Below, piece after piece: positions 40,700 to 53,900 of a stretch of 64,000 bases of DNA (within the stretch, counting starts at the first letter, position 1; each line of letters begins with the position of its first letter). The DNA lies in the NCBI GenBank assembly GCA_951406725.2, contig OX597836.1:47120001-47184000 (forward strand), read 5' to 3'. The notes under the pieces were generated by a model. That model searched no databases. It worked only from the letters and a program-made list of their open reading frames with translations, and was not told the DNA's origin. A program made the position numbers and the translations under genes. This DNA comes from Octopus vulgaris. Lineage: Eukaryota.

Positions 40700-41240
40700 G
40701 TAGTCTTTGATTTTGTTACGGGCAGGAACAGTCAACGGGAAATTTTGCGTTAAACTCCAGAAGTCTGCTATAGAGATATTGAGCATGCTTCAGCAAGCTT
40801 ATGGGGACAAAGCAATGGGTCGTATGGAATGTTCCAAGTGGAACGGGCGCTTCAAAAGCGGAAGAACTTCCCTGAAAGACGATGAACGATCTGGAAGGCC
40901 TGCTACGAGTGTCACCCCCAGAAAATGTGGTATTGTGCATCGAGAATTCGTCCCCCGCCCCGGGCCAGACCATCAATTGGAAGTTCTACTGTGACGTTTT
41001 GAAGAGGGAGGACATCAGGCGAAAGCAGCCTGTGGGTCTGTGGAGCGCGAAGAATTGGATTCGTCACGACGAGAATTCCCCTTGTCACCGAGCTCTCCTC
41101 ACTCGTGGGTCTCTCGCCAAAAACAACATGGTAACGCTTCCACACCCGCCCTTTTCACCAGATTTAGCACCTGTGGACTTCCAACTCTTCCCCAAGATAA
41201 AAATGCAGCTCTGAGGTCGCCGTTTTAACACTGTTGTCGA
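40700..41240 (+). pseudogene. Internally deleted mariner transposase
   Basis: FCVKLQKSA..AYGDKAM..RFKSGRTSLKDDERSGRP; GQTINWKFYCDVL..HDENSPCH..LPHPPFSPDLAPVDFQLFPKIK. Confidence 0.9.
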
Positions 41241-41254
41241 GATGCTGTGCTTAT

Positions 41255-42030
41255 GCTGACACTTTTCTCCCACATCCTAGTTCGCGCAAGACCTCCAATT
41301 TACGCAGAGCCAGTACATACAGAAGAGACGAGTGGGAACCCCCTTGACTGACATTGATGTTGTATGGTTCCGATAGGTAACCATTCACCCGAACTACCGA
41401 ACAAACGTCGCTGTACATTGCAGCGATCCAACAACGGAAAACGGGATCGAAACCGGTTGTTGTATTGGTGGTTGACCCTATCGAATGCTTTAGATCCATC
41501 CAAATTGATCAAGGCCCCACCCATGCCAAATTTCTTACCCACTGTCTATGATGTATCACATGAGGTGGAGGTTGTCGTTGATGGATCTGGTTGGGATTGC
41601 GCATGTCTGCTCATCACCAATCAGTTCATCGATAAGCACCAACCTCTCTTCTCATCACCTTGGCTACAATTCTGAAGTCTGCGTCCAGAGTGTTATGGGC
41701 CTAAAATTTTGTATTCCTTGGGTCCTTTCTTAGCACTGCCACCGCTCCTCGACTCTCAGAATTAGCAATCTTCCCGTTCTGCTGCTAGTTGTAGTAGATA
41801 TCTGTCCAAAGGCCACCAAATAGGTCTAGCATATAGAAGTAAAGCTCATTGGGCAGACCATCCAAACCAGGCGATTTTTCCCCCGTGCAACTCGGCATCG
41901 CATCCCGTATTTCCGTGGCTATTACCGACATTTCACAACAATCCGCCCCATTTTCCGAGAGTCGTGACATGCCGTCGAAGAAGACACTGAAGCCCGGACT
42001 TCCATTTGTCCCGAAATACCGCTGATTCTT
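41255..42030 (-). pseudogene. Decayed Tx1/L1-clade LINE RT fragment
   Basis: EIRDAM..KSPGLDGLPNELY; ALINLDGSKAFDRVNHQY; VRVNGYLSEP..SQGG..SSLLYVLAL. Confidence 0.85.
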
Positions 42031-42459
42031 TGCACATCTTTGCTCTTTCTCGAGTAGTGACTGTAAACTAGCTCCGTTCCCGTAGCCTACTGTACATCGA
42101 AGCTGAGAGTATTTCTCATGATATTTCTCGATTCATAATCGATACTGGAATACTGTATACGAGAGCAGTTGTGTATCATGTGATCAACTCGTCATGAATC
42201 CCTCGGAATATCGCGTGAGAATGACTACCATCTCCTTAATCCCTTTTCTGATGTGTCTCTATCGTTGTTACAAAACTTTTCCTGATTACCACGAATCATT
42301 AGGTTGGGACCAAATTATTGAAACCTTTCTATTCTCTTCACTAACTTTTTCTCTTCGTTACTCTTCCTCTGTACTCTTCGTTATTTACTAAACCACTATA
42401 TTTTACTTCACTTGGGAAAGTTTCCACCCTTTGCACACGCCCGCTGGTATTTTCCCCCT

Positions 42460-42472
42460 TTCTCCTCTCTCT

Positions 42473-42521
<49 letters not shown>

Positions 42522-42895
42522 TTCTCTCCCTCTCTCTCTTTCTCTTTCTCTCTCTCTCTTTCTTTCTCTCTCTCCTTCTCTCTCTTTCTCTTTCTCTCTT
42601 TCTCTCTTTCTCTTTCTCTCCCTCTCTCTCTTTCTCTTTTTCTCTCTTTCTTTCTTTCTCTCTCTCCCTCTCCCTCTCTCCCTCTCCCTCTCTCTTTCTC
42701 TCTCTCTCTTTCTCTCTCTCTCTTTCTCTATCTCTCTTTCTCTCTCTCTCTCACTTTCTCTCTCTCTTTCTCTCTCTCTCTTTCTCTTTCTCTCTCTCTC
42801 TCTCTTTCTCTCTCTCCCTCTCTCCCTCTCTCTCCCTCTCCCCCCTCTCTCTCTCTCTCTCTCACCAGTCTTCCATGACATGTCTGATCTTTCTC

Positions 42896-42941
<46 letters not shown>

Positions 42942-42970
42942 GTCTTCCATGACATATGTCTGATCCTTCT

Positions 42971-43001
<31 letters not shown>

Positions 43002-43036
43002 ACCAGTCTTCCATGACATGTCTGATCTTTCTCCCC

Positions 43037-43071
<35 letters not shown>

Positions 43072-43105
43072 CAGTCTTCCATGACATATGTCTGATCTTT
43101 CCCCC
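42460..43105. repeat. (CT)n-rich tract plus four copies of caccagtcttccatgacat(at)gtctgatc separated by (CT)n
   Basis: Units at ~42863, 42937, 43001 and 43069. Confidence 0.9.
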
Positions 43106-43649
43106 TCCCGTATCATCGATCTTTACACTCGACGCGACTGACACATTTCACGATATATAAATATCGTGATTACGTCTCTTCATTTTCATCCTCTTCATTT
43201 CCATCCTCTTCATCCCAGTCCTCGGTCCGCCATGATTTATTATGTCTCTTTGGACCCGTCTGGCCTAACCCCATTTCCCTCATTCCGAATCAAGCTTCCT
43301 TTGATCTCGCCCATTCTAGCCACTTCTCTCGCTCTTCATCGTACAGCCAATGTTTATTCCTTGTACCGATTGCGAACTTCTTATAACAATTGGCTCACCC
43401 CCCCCCCCCAACCACCCCCACCTTTCTTTCCTCTTCTCTCCCCCCCACCCCCACCTTATACGAAGCCAATGAAGGAATTAGCGTGTTTGTGTATGCACGT
43501 GCACGTGAGTACATTTTTGTGGATATGCGAGTGTGTAGATGTCCACGTGTGACTATATGTGTACGTAACCTTGGCGTGTGTTTCGATAGCTGTTATGAAT
43601 ATGTATGTATGCATGTATGTATGTATGTATGTATGTATGTATGTATGTG

Positions 43650-43681
<32 letters not shown>

Positions 43682-43808
43682 TGTATGTATGTATGTATGT
43701 ATGCATGTATGTATGTATCTATCTAGATAGATTGATAGATAGATAGAGAGAGAGAGAAGCAGACAGACAGACAGGCAGACAGACAGACAGGCGGGCAGAC
43801 AGACAGAC

Positions 43809-43850
<42 letters not shown>

Positions 43851-43856
43851 GCAGGC

Positions 43857-44031
<175 letters not shown>

Positions 44032-44344
44032 CAGACAGAGACACAGACAGAGACACAGACAGAGACACAGACAGAGACACAGACAGAGACACAGACAGAG
44101 ACACAGACAGACAGATATACTGACAGAGTCTGAAATAATATTTATTGAAAGATAACAACATCCATTAAACTTATAAGAAAGTAGAATCAGAGAAACGCGT
44201 CAAGAGTCACGTCACAAGACTGTGTAAACATGTCTGCAGAGTAACGTCACGTGATTGTATAATGTATAAACAGTAACCACGTGGTCTTTTCCACTTCACA
44301 ACAGATAAAATCGCAATCAAAAATCTTCCGACTGATCACATTGT

Positions 44345-45780
44345 AAATTATAACATTTAACCACAAAAAGAAACAAAGGAACGGAAAAAGGAAGAAAGGA
44401 AAAGAAAAAGAAAAAAGCAGTGGGATTAAGCAGTAGAAGATGGTGGGGAGAGGCACTGGTTTACATACCCAGAACAAATGGTGCGCACAGCCGCGCCCCG
44501 CGGTAATGACTGTGATGGCGTTACCGCGGAGAATGGCCGGCGACACGCGCTGTAGCAGCCACAGCACCTCACGGGGATCGTTTTGCAGACAAGCCGCCGT
44601 TATGCCGATTTTGCGGAGGATGTCAGTAGTGTACGGGGTCGTAGAACACCTGACGCATCGGCGGCGACTGGCACAGGCTGATAGCGGCCGGTCAGACACC
44701 CGTATTTATTTATTTTTCTCTCTTCTGCGTTACAGGTAGCGTTACGGGTGGCGATACCTATTTCTTTATTACCCACAAGGGGCTAAACACAGAGGAGACA
44801 AACAAGGACAGACATAGGTATTAAGTCGATTACATCGACCCCAGTGCGTAACTGGTACTTAATTTATCGACCCCGAAAGGATGAAAGGCAAAGTCGACCT
44901 CGGCCGAATTTGAACTCACAACGTAACGCAGACGAAATACCGCTAAGCATTTCGCCCGGTGTGCTAACGTTTCTGCCAGCTCGCCGCCTTATACGGGTGG
45001 CGATACAGGGTTTGCGTTACGGGTAGAGATGAGGGTGGCGATACCTGGGTCTGCAGCTGATGCAGCAAAGTTACAACCGGAGAACGTGTTGCTTCAAGTC
45101 GCGTCCCAGACTATGGATCTGCTTCCCTCGAATGGGAAAAGGGTTATACTGTCGGGGCGCTTAACGTACCCGCGATCAAGACCTGATGACTCCAGTTGAG
45201 ACGGGAAACCAGTCGCATCGAAGTCGCTTCTAATTATGTCCTTCAGAGCGGTGTGTCTGGGGAATCAGCCCGTGCTTAGACTTCAGGATAATGGAGTGAG
45301 GCCGAATTTATCGACAACTGCTCCACAACGGCATTCGTGCGACTCGCACACGCGGAGACCGAGCGTTGGGCCACCCCAATGCGAGTGCACTCATCATCTC
45401 GAAGGATACCGCTAGATGAGGAGGGCACCGAATTAAGCCATGTGGTGCTGTTTGGCTGCCAAGTGAAACGAAAGCAGGCAATGTGGTTCTGGTCTAATAA
45501 TGTCTCGATCCGCTCGAAGGCAGAATTTGCACAGGATGCCATCCCAGTTTCGCTGGACATCAGTATTCTGGGGTACAGCAAGGCCTTCAGCGGTTCAATT
45601 GGCTAGGGCTGACTCGAGTTCTTGGGTCACATCTGGTTTTGCTACCCTGTCGAGTATCTCGCCGAAGAAGAAGCAGCTGCAGGAGACTAAGGAAAGATAG
45701 GCAAGCAGGGGTAAAGAGATCGATTTTTGAAGTACTTTGTAGACTTTTGGAAATGATGAGCGCCTCAAAAATATTGACAA
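44345..45780 (-). pseudogene. Decayed CRE-clade RLE non-LTR retrotransposon, C-terminal part (may extend to ~46240)
   Basis: WLNSVPSSSSG..DDECTRIGV; RHTALKDIIR..GFPSQLESSGLDRGYVKRPDSIT..IVWDAT; DPREVLWLLQRVSPAILRGNA. Confidence 0.8.
44758..44991 (-). mobile_element. SINE family C monomer with 15-bp TSD inside the CRE relic
   Basis: tacgggtggcgatac at 44743-44757 and 44992-45006. Confidence 0.9.
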
Positions 45781-46464
45781 TTTACCAAACTTAGTCTGTG
45801 ATGGAAACTGCAGTTTCCGTTTTCCTTTCGAAGAACTGAAAAGTTTAGGACCTTCTCTGCGAAACGTTGCTGAACCTGTGGCTATTTCATCATTGTAGTG
45901 CTTGTGGTCATCTTGTTTGATTTTTGCTGTTGTTGACTTTGTTCTTGTAGTTGTTGTTTGTCGCTTGGTTTAAGTATTTGGTCGCAACATTTTCTGATTT
46001 GTTTGACTTATGTTCCCAACCTTTTTGGTTTGGAGTGCCAAATTTTCCGTTTGCGCGCCTGATTGCCTTATTTTCCTTTTTTACGGTATTCTATAAGAAA
46101 TCCGGATGTTTTTCTACCGATCGCAGCCATTTCCTTATCCGAAAAAACCGACTGAGTTCGCGCTTGCTTTTTGTTTTCTTCTATCAATATTGCTTATGGT
46201 GTTCTTGACGCTGGTAGTGATGTAGGGAGAATTGTTCTCGATCCTCTGTGAGTATGTGTGTGTGTGTGTGTGTGCATGTGTAAGTGTGTATGTGCGTGTG
46301 TGTGCGTGCGTGTATGTGTATGTGTGTGTACGTGCGTGTGTGTGTGTGTGTGTGTGTTATAAATTTATTCCCGTCAATCCAGGCACTCTACAATTGCGAG
46401 TATACATATCTACTCTACAGTACCTCACCATATATATATACTATTCATAGTATATATATATACT

Positions 46465-46524
<60 letters not shown>

Positions 46525-46800
46525 CGATCTGATTTTCGCCAAAATATTAAGTGTTTACGTTGTAGATTTCGATAAAAATGGAATGTAAAGGGACGAAACT
46601 AAATATTCAGTCACACTTTCTATCATCTCTCTCTATAGACAATCTCTGTCTTTAGTTTCCACTTTCTCAACACAAGCAACGGAAGAACCTCTTCGCAGAC
46701 GCCCAAACTGTAGAAAATAGAAGCCAAATCCTTTAAATTATGCCTTGCTGTCTTAAAGGAAGGACAATTTAGGTAAGATAAGTTCAGTTATCTGTAAAAC

Positions 46801-48005
46801 CTGAGAACTGTTATTGTGTAGTCAAACAATTAGGTTTCTTTTCCATCATGGCGATCGAACACATAAGAGGCAAGCTGTCAGTCGAATAAAATGGGAATGT
46901 CTCGTGCAGTCCACTTTATATCAATATGCTTGAATTTTAAAAACGTGATTCGTATTTGGCTTAACGATTTAGAGTTAAGCAAAACAATCTTTTTTACCAA
47001 AGGCACAAGATCTGACATTTGGGGAGGGGCAGGTATTAGTCAATGTATGCCAGTGTTCAGTTTCTATTTATTTTATCGACCCTGAAAGGATTAAAGGCAA
47101 AGTCGACCTCGGCGGAGTTTGAACTCAGAACGTAAAGATAACCGAAATGGCGCTGACAACAACATACATTCCCACTTTTTTGACACCGTTGAGTGTTGCT
47201 TGGATGCCAAGCCACTCGCAGACAACTCAGTAGCTACACATTATACGGACTTCAAAAGCCAACGAAGATTCTTCTAAGTACACTCGACCTGACAGAAACA
47301 GCATCCAGATTTTTCCCGAATCTCACTTTTCAGCTTTAAAAAAAGAAAGAACTACAGTAAATAAAAGGACTGCTGAATCAAAAATGACCAGCGGTTAAAC
47401 AATAGCAATTATCTCCATGTATTTCCCCGCCAGGTCCATTATAGATATGAATACTGATTTGATTCGAAGAGACAGAAGACAGGAATAGAGTAGGAAAACG
47501 GTTTAGACTATTGAGTTGACCTCTCTATCTTACATGTATTTACTCTATTAACATCGTAGATATGAATAGCAAAGTTGACGTCTGAACGATTTGTAGTAAA
47601 ACTTTAGATAAACCACGCTCTATTATCTCAATAACAACTACATGATATCTGGTAATTGCTACAGAATGAAAACAGATATATTGCAATCAATTATTGGAAC
47701 ATCATATTGAAGTGGCTTTCCTACTGGAATTACAAAGTTCATGCTACTAATAACTGCAGTTACCGTGACTATTAACCTTAGATTTTCTGAACAGATTTCT
47801 CTTGAAACTAGAAACAAAAATCAGCGAGATGTTGTAATATTGCCACTTGATCACGAATCACGTTTTTAAAATTCAAGCATATTGATATAAAGTGGACTGC
47901 ACGAGACATTCCCATTTTATTCGACTGACAGCTTGCCTCTTATGTGTTCGATCGCCATGATGGAAAAGAAACCTAATTGTTTGACTACACAATAACAGTT
48001 CTCAG
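46801..48005. repeat. Perfect 153-bp inverted repeat (46801-46953 / 47853-48005), 899-bp spacer
   Basis: No mismatch found by eye; no TSD. Confidence 0.9.
47000..47155 (-). mobile_element. SINE family C, diverged
   Basis: ttttatcgaccctgaaaggattaaaggcaaagtcgacctcggcggagtttgaactc. Confidence 0.7.
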
Positions 48006-48159
48006 AATCTGAACATAAACAATGACCGTTTTACAAAAATAAAATTATAAAATCGGAAGAAACAATAAATTCAGTTAAATCCCTGAAACAATTCTCAATG
48101 CTCTCCACTTAATACAATAAAAATAGTGTATTTTCTTGCAGTTTCAACCAAATTACCAC

Positions 48160-48572
48160 TCTCTTTTACTCTTTTAGTTGTTTCAGTCATTTGACTGCGG
48201 CCATGCTGGAGCACCGCCTTCTAGTCGAGTAAATCCAGGACTTATTCTTTGTAAGCCTAGTACTTATTCTATCAGTCTCTTTTGCTGAACCGCTAAGTTA
48301 CGGGGAGGTAAACACACCAGCATCGGTTGTCAAGCAAATGGTGGGGGGGGACAAACACAGACACACAAACATATACACACACACAAATATATATATATAC
48401 ATATATACGACGGGCTTCTTCCAGTTTCCGTCTACCAAATCCACTCACAAGGCTTTGGTCGGCCTGAGGCTATAGTAGAAGAAACTTGCCCAAGGTGCCA
48501 CGCAGTGGGAATGAACCCAGAACCATGTGGTTTGTAAGCAAGCTACTTACCACACAACCACTCCTGCGCCTA
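48160..48572 (-). mobile_element. SINE family A
   Basis: Consensus match. Confidence 0.9.
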
Positions 48573-48575
48573 TTA

Positions 48576-48934
48576 TCTCTATATATATAAACGGCAAAAT
48601 GTCTGTGTGTGTGTCTTTATACAAATCCACAATTTTTCAGCTAGAGAACTCGCACTTTCTATGGTCATTTAAAATCGTCCAAGGGTGGTCGTGCATATCT
48701 TTACATTTAGTCACCCTGCAAAGCCATTAAAAAATCAATAGAAGTGACATTTTTGTGAATTTTCTATCCCAAACCCAATCAAAATGCCTGAAACTTGATA
48801 CGCCAATTAAAAGCCAGCTAGCTGTAAGTGATTGGTCAGAGATTTGGACAGTACTCGCGTGTATGTGTGCATGTACGCAGCTGTATATGCATGCACTAGC
48901 ACTATGACCCAGCGATGCCGGGTCATAGTGCTAG
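48576..48934 (+). mobile_element. Short non-autonomous Helitron
   Basis: A|TCTCTATATATATAA start; 3' hairpin and CTAG|T end; no TSD. Confidence 0.75.
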
Positions 48935-50227
48935 TATACGTATAAATTTCTTTATTTCCACATTAATTCGTTTTCTGTTTTCTGCGTTAAGTAGGATGGA
49001 TTGAACACAGTCCTGAAATCTAAAAACCACCCGTCAGTTTCTGACTCCCCATTTACCTGAAATTGGGTGTATAATTAATAAGAGGGGCACATGCGCCGCT
49101 ATTATATTGCCTCAGTCATACTAATGCTGATACATAAAACACTGAGAGTCGGAAAGGACGGATTAACACGCCTCGGGATTATTTAAAATCCGAGTGCAAC
49201 TCCTGCAACAATCGATACGACTTTTCGCTCTGTCGGTACCAAAACGACCATACCAGTTATACACTGAGATCTATTCCGTCAACTATAAACATTTCTCTAC
49301 AGATTACTCTACTTGTATCTTACAAATGCATAAAAATGGTGATGGGTTGGCAATAGCAACACAACGTTCGACTAAATCTTTTAGCTTATCACAACTAAGA
49401 CAATGGCTGTAGAACAGAAGGTATGGAGTAGAAAAATATTGGTTACATTTTATTATTTATATTAGAAATTATTAAAGAAACCAATTAAGTAGATTCCATT
49501 ATAATCCAATACATTAATTTAATTTTTATATATTGGAAATAATTCTATGATTATATTTAAATGAAGTCTTTTCCCGTATAATATTGTCATTATAATTCAA
49601 GGTGTAAATATATCAATTTTGAATATATATTCAAAAGCACCATTCAGACAAGTTGTTAATTATTGCATTGCAGTTGCTAATGGTGTAAACTAGGCCATTG
49701 ATTAATTTGTCTGCTCATTGATTTTGCAATTATTAAAATAGCACCGAGAGATCTCCGTGAAAAAGTTGTAGTACAAAGTGGATATAGATTATAGGAAGGC
49801 AATCGGGCATACTTCACATGGATCAAATCAAGTTGAAAATATATAGAAACATAAAAACGTAACGGAGAAATAAGCTTCAGTGAAATCTGACCGAGGATCT
49901 TTCTTTAGAAACCCCTACCACAAAATCCTTCATTAAATTCCAAACCCTCTGTCATCTTAATTAAGGTTAGCTATGACATTAAGAAGTCTACAGTTAGATG
50001 CTCAGTTGCGGGACTGTAGCATCATTGATTACTGATTTTCAGTGGAAAAAATCTCTGGTTCACTGCATTTGTAATAATGAAAGTGACAAGGAAATATACG
50101 TAACTGAGTGCAGGCAAAATATCACTTGGCCCTCCTCTGAGAAGCGCTGGCTTTTGTGTTTCCTCGCTTTTGTGTTTCCATCCTTTGTCAATATATATCG
50201 ACGATAGTATACATATACACACACTTG

Positions 50228-50635
50228 CAGGCGTGGTTGTGTGGTAAAATGTTCGCTTTCCACTCACATGGTTCTGGGTTCAGTTTCACTGCGTGATGCT
50301 TGGGCATGTGCCTTCTACTATACCCTACAGCCGACCAAAACCCTGAGTAGTTTGAGGATCAGAAACTGAAAGAAGCCTATCGTTTATGTGTGTGTGTGTG
50401 TGTGTGTGTGTGTCTGTGTGTCTGTCTGTGTGTGTGTGTGTGCGTGCGCGCGTGTGTGTGTGTATCTTTGTGTCTGTGTTTGTCCTCTACCACCGCTTGA
50501 CAACTGGTGTTGGTCCCTGTAACTTAGCGACAAAAGGAACCGATAGAATGGGGTCGATTCGTTCGACTAAAATTCTTCAAGGCAGTGCCCCACCCTGGCC
50601 TAGGTCTAATGACTGAAACAAGTAAGCGATAAAAG
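50228..50635 (+). mobile_element. SINE family A, diverged
   Basis: Recognisable head, CORE-like domain and tail aatgactgaaacaagtaa. Confidence 0.75.
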
Positions 50636-51379
50636 TCCCACGAACTATGTTATTCTCTCAGATTTTATTATCAAGCAGCGAGTTAAAAGAAAACTACATA
50701 TATACATCTTGATAGACACACAAGAGCGTACCTTCGACCGACAAAACAACAGCTACAAGTAGCTGTTACTTCCGTTGCGAGGTAAAGCGCACAGGTTTAT
50801 ACATGTAGTTTTTCAAGAATGAGCACGAAGCAAGAATAGGGACTGAATAAGTACAACACACCCAGTCACCCATACAGCAATTAAGACTACTAAACATGAG
50901 TGCCGAGGTCAAGTATATTGATAATAACACTGGTTTTTTGGTTAGTAGTGAGCGCCGAGGTCACAAAGAATATAATGCAGTCGAATAGGGTTTTCAATAG
51001 CCATACAATTCCTCGTGATCATCAAAGACCCCGAAACCATACCAGAACTGTCCCCAGTAGTTTGGTACGAAAGAAAAAGGGATTCAACTGGTAGTGCAAT
51101 AAAGAAGACTTGTTGCTACATTTGAAGGATTCTGACTGACATGAACAAAAAGAAAGGGAGTAGCGACAGAATCATCGTCAGGAACCAGACTATGTTGCTA
51201 CTGCCAAAATATTACTGGCAGAGAACTTACTGTCCTCAATAGCAGAAGCGAACCAGGAGAGTGAGGAGTGATGAATGTGGAGAGATAACTACAGCAATAG
51301 TAGCAAACCCCAATCCCCTAAAATCACAGAAATGGAGATGGCATAGGACATCACTTCATATATATATATATATATATAT

Positions 51380-51600
51380 TACTCTCTTTTACTCTTTTAC
51401 TCTTTTACTTGTTTCAGTCATTTGACTGCGGCCACGCTGGAGCACCGCCTTTAGTCGAGCAAATCGACCCCAGGACTTATTCTTTGTAATCCCAGTACTT
51501 ATTCTATCGGTTTCTTTTGCCGAACCGCTAAGTGACGGGGGCGTAAACACACCAGCATCGGTTGTCAAGCAATGCTAGGGGGACAAACACAGACACACAA

Positions 51601-51669
<69 letters not shown>

Positions 51670-51831
51670 TACGACGGGCTTCTTTCAGTTTCCGTCTACC
51701 AAATCCACTCACAAGGCTCTGGTCGGCCCGAGGCTATAGTAGAAGGCACTTGCCCAACATGCCACGCAGTGGGACTGAACCCGGAACCATGTGGTTGGCA
51801 GCAAGCTGCTTACCACACAGCCACTCCTGCG

Positions 51832-51832
<1 letters not shown>
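51380..51832 (-). mobile_element. SINE family A in (TA)n
   Basis: Consensus match. Confidence 0.9.
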
Positions 51833-51901
<69 letters not shown>

Positions 51902-51935
51902 CATACATACATACATACATACATACATACATACA

Positions 51936-51968
<33 letters not shown>

Positions 51969-52290
51969 GCGGTTCTGAAAATCACAACCCAGGCATTCCG
52001 CCAGCCTACCTACCATAACAAGCAGCGCAACAAACAGTATCGCTCCATCGTTTTGTCATGGGCGAAGTGATAAGGAGAAGCAAACTGTCCAAACTATCAG
52101 AGAAAATGCAAAGAGGAGGAAATCGGATTGGGGCAGAAAACAAAAATGTGAAGGGCCCTCTTAGAATAAAAATGGTGACGACGTCGCGAGAAATAGAAAG
52201 AACTGAAATTCACAATTATTCAAACGTTAACCCTCTCACATTATGATCACCACCACCATCATCATCATCATTATTTTGTATAAGTGTCAA

Positions 52291-52574
52291 AGGAGGCGCA
52301 ATGGCCCAGTGGTTAGGGCAGCGGACTCGCGGTCGTAGGATCGCGGTTTCGATTCCCAGACCGGGCGTTGTGAGTGTTTATTGAGCGAAAACACCTAAAG
52401 CTCCACGAGGCTCTGTCACGCTGAATATCCCCAAAAACTACGTTGAACTACGTTAAGGGTGCACGTGTCTGTGGAGTGCTCAGCCACTTACACGTTAATT
52501 TCACGAGCAGGCTGTTCTGTTGATTCGGATCAACCGGAACCCTCGTCGTCGTAACCGACGGAGTGCTTCCATCC
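52291..52574 (+). mobile_element. SINE head B with tail 2, internally deleted, 11-bp TSD
   Basis: ataagtgtcaa at 52280-52290 and 52575-52585. Confidence 0.9.
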
Positions 52575-52698
52575 ATAAGTGTCAACATCATTAGTGATAG
52601 CAATTTTCGTTTTAGCTTTAACAGTTGCAGCATCGCCAACAAATGGTGTAGGCAGCTTTTTAATTCGGTCTGACACCGTGTCAATATATAACACTTTT

Positions 52699-52916
52699 TA
52701 AGGCGGTGAGCTGGCAGAATCGTCAGCACGCCGGGCAAAATGCTTAGTGACATTTCGTCCGTCTTCATGTTCTGAGTTCAAATTCTGCCGAGGTCGATTT
52801 TGCCTTTCATCCTTTTCGGGGTCGATAAAATAAGTGCCAGTTGAACACTGGGATCAATGTAATCGACTTAGCCCCTCCCTGAAACCTGCCGATCTTGTGC
52901 CAAAGTTTGAAACCAA
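52699..52916 (+). mobile_element. SINE family C monomer (alternative tail)
   Basis: Consensus head and domain; ends cttgtgccaaagtttgaaacc. Confidence 0.85.
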
Positions 52917-53900
52917 TATATAGCATTTTAGGGCTATGTATCTCCTATCACTACTCTCAGCTCCACTCGAAGTCGTAGGTGTTCAAAAACTGGAGTAGAA
53001 TTCTGTTTGACATGTATCACATTTCGTAGGAGTCCTTCACTACACCAGGCTAAAAGTTTCATTGAAAGTTGTCTTATAATCTATATTTCGTTACAAATTC
53101 AAGGAACCATAATATATGGGTTGGTTGATTCTCGTATATTTATCAGTGAAAAGTGGTAAAGCAAGTATTGTAAAAAGAATTTCTAAATTACTGTGCGACT
53201 GATGTGCTTTTATTAACACCAAAGCATTGCTTTGATGATAAGTATTTTGCCGCATAAAATATATTTTATAGACTGTTTATAGTTTTTGAGGGATGTTACT
53301 CGCCAAATGGTCTGATGATGCTCTTCTGCATTTATGGTCGATATATTCAACACAAACTAGCCCAGTTTACTTAACTGTAAGCAGCACAAGGATGTACAGT
53401 ATACTGCTGCAACGCCTCCGCTACCACCTCCAGAGACCCATATATCCCGTACATAGCTTCAAGTTCCATAACGTTAAAGGTGTGAGAGATAGATTCTCAG
53501 CTATTACATGTAAATGAACTTGGTATTAGGAAACAACGAACTATTTGTTAATTCCGCAGAACTTCTGCCTTTGGTAATGCTTTGTACTAAACAGTTGTAA
53601 TAATTTGTCCATTGAAGTGAAAGCTGAGCGTCTTGTAAAAGATGCTGCATCATGTCTATGGCCAAAATATGGAGCATTAATCTTTTGACCAGTTGACCGA
53701 CACCCTATCTTCGTTAAAACCCAAGGAAACACTAAATATTTCAGTAGTATTGACTTGTAGGTATATACACGACCGTACGTAAGGAGTTGGTGACAAATGT
53801 CTCCTTTTGAACGCCGCACGATCGTCCCTAACATAATAAGAAGCCATATACATGAAATACAGTGCCAAAAGATATAATGAAGGACGACAAGCCGTTCTAT

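Noticed and set aside
50820-52250. Purine-rich stretch suggestive of a decayed LINE
   Set aside because: No diagnostic motif recovered by eye
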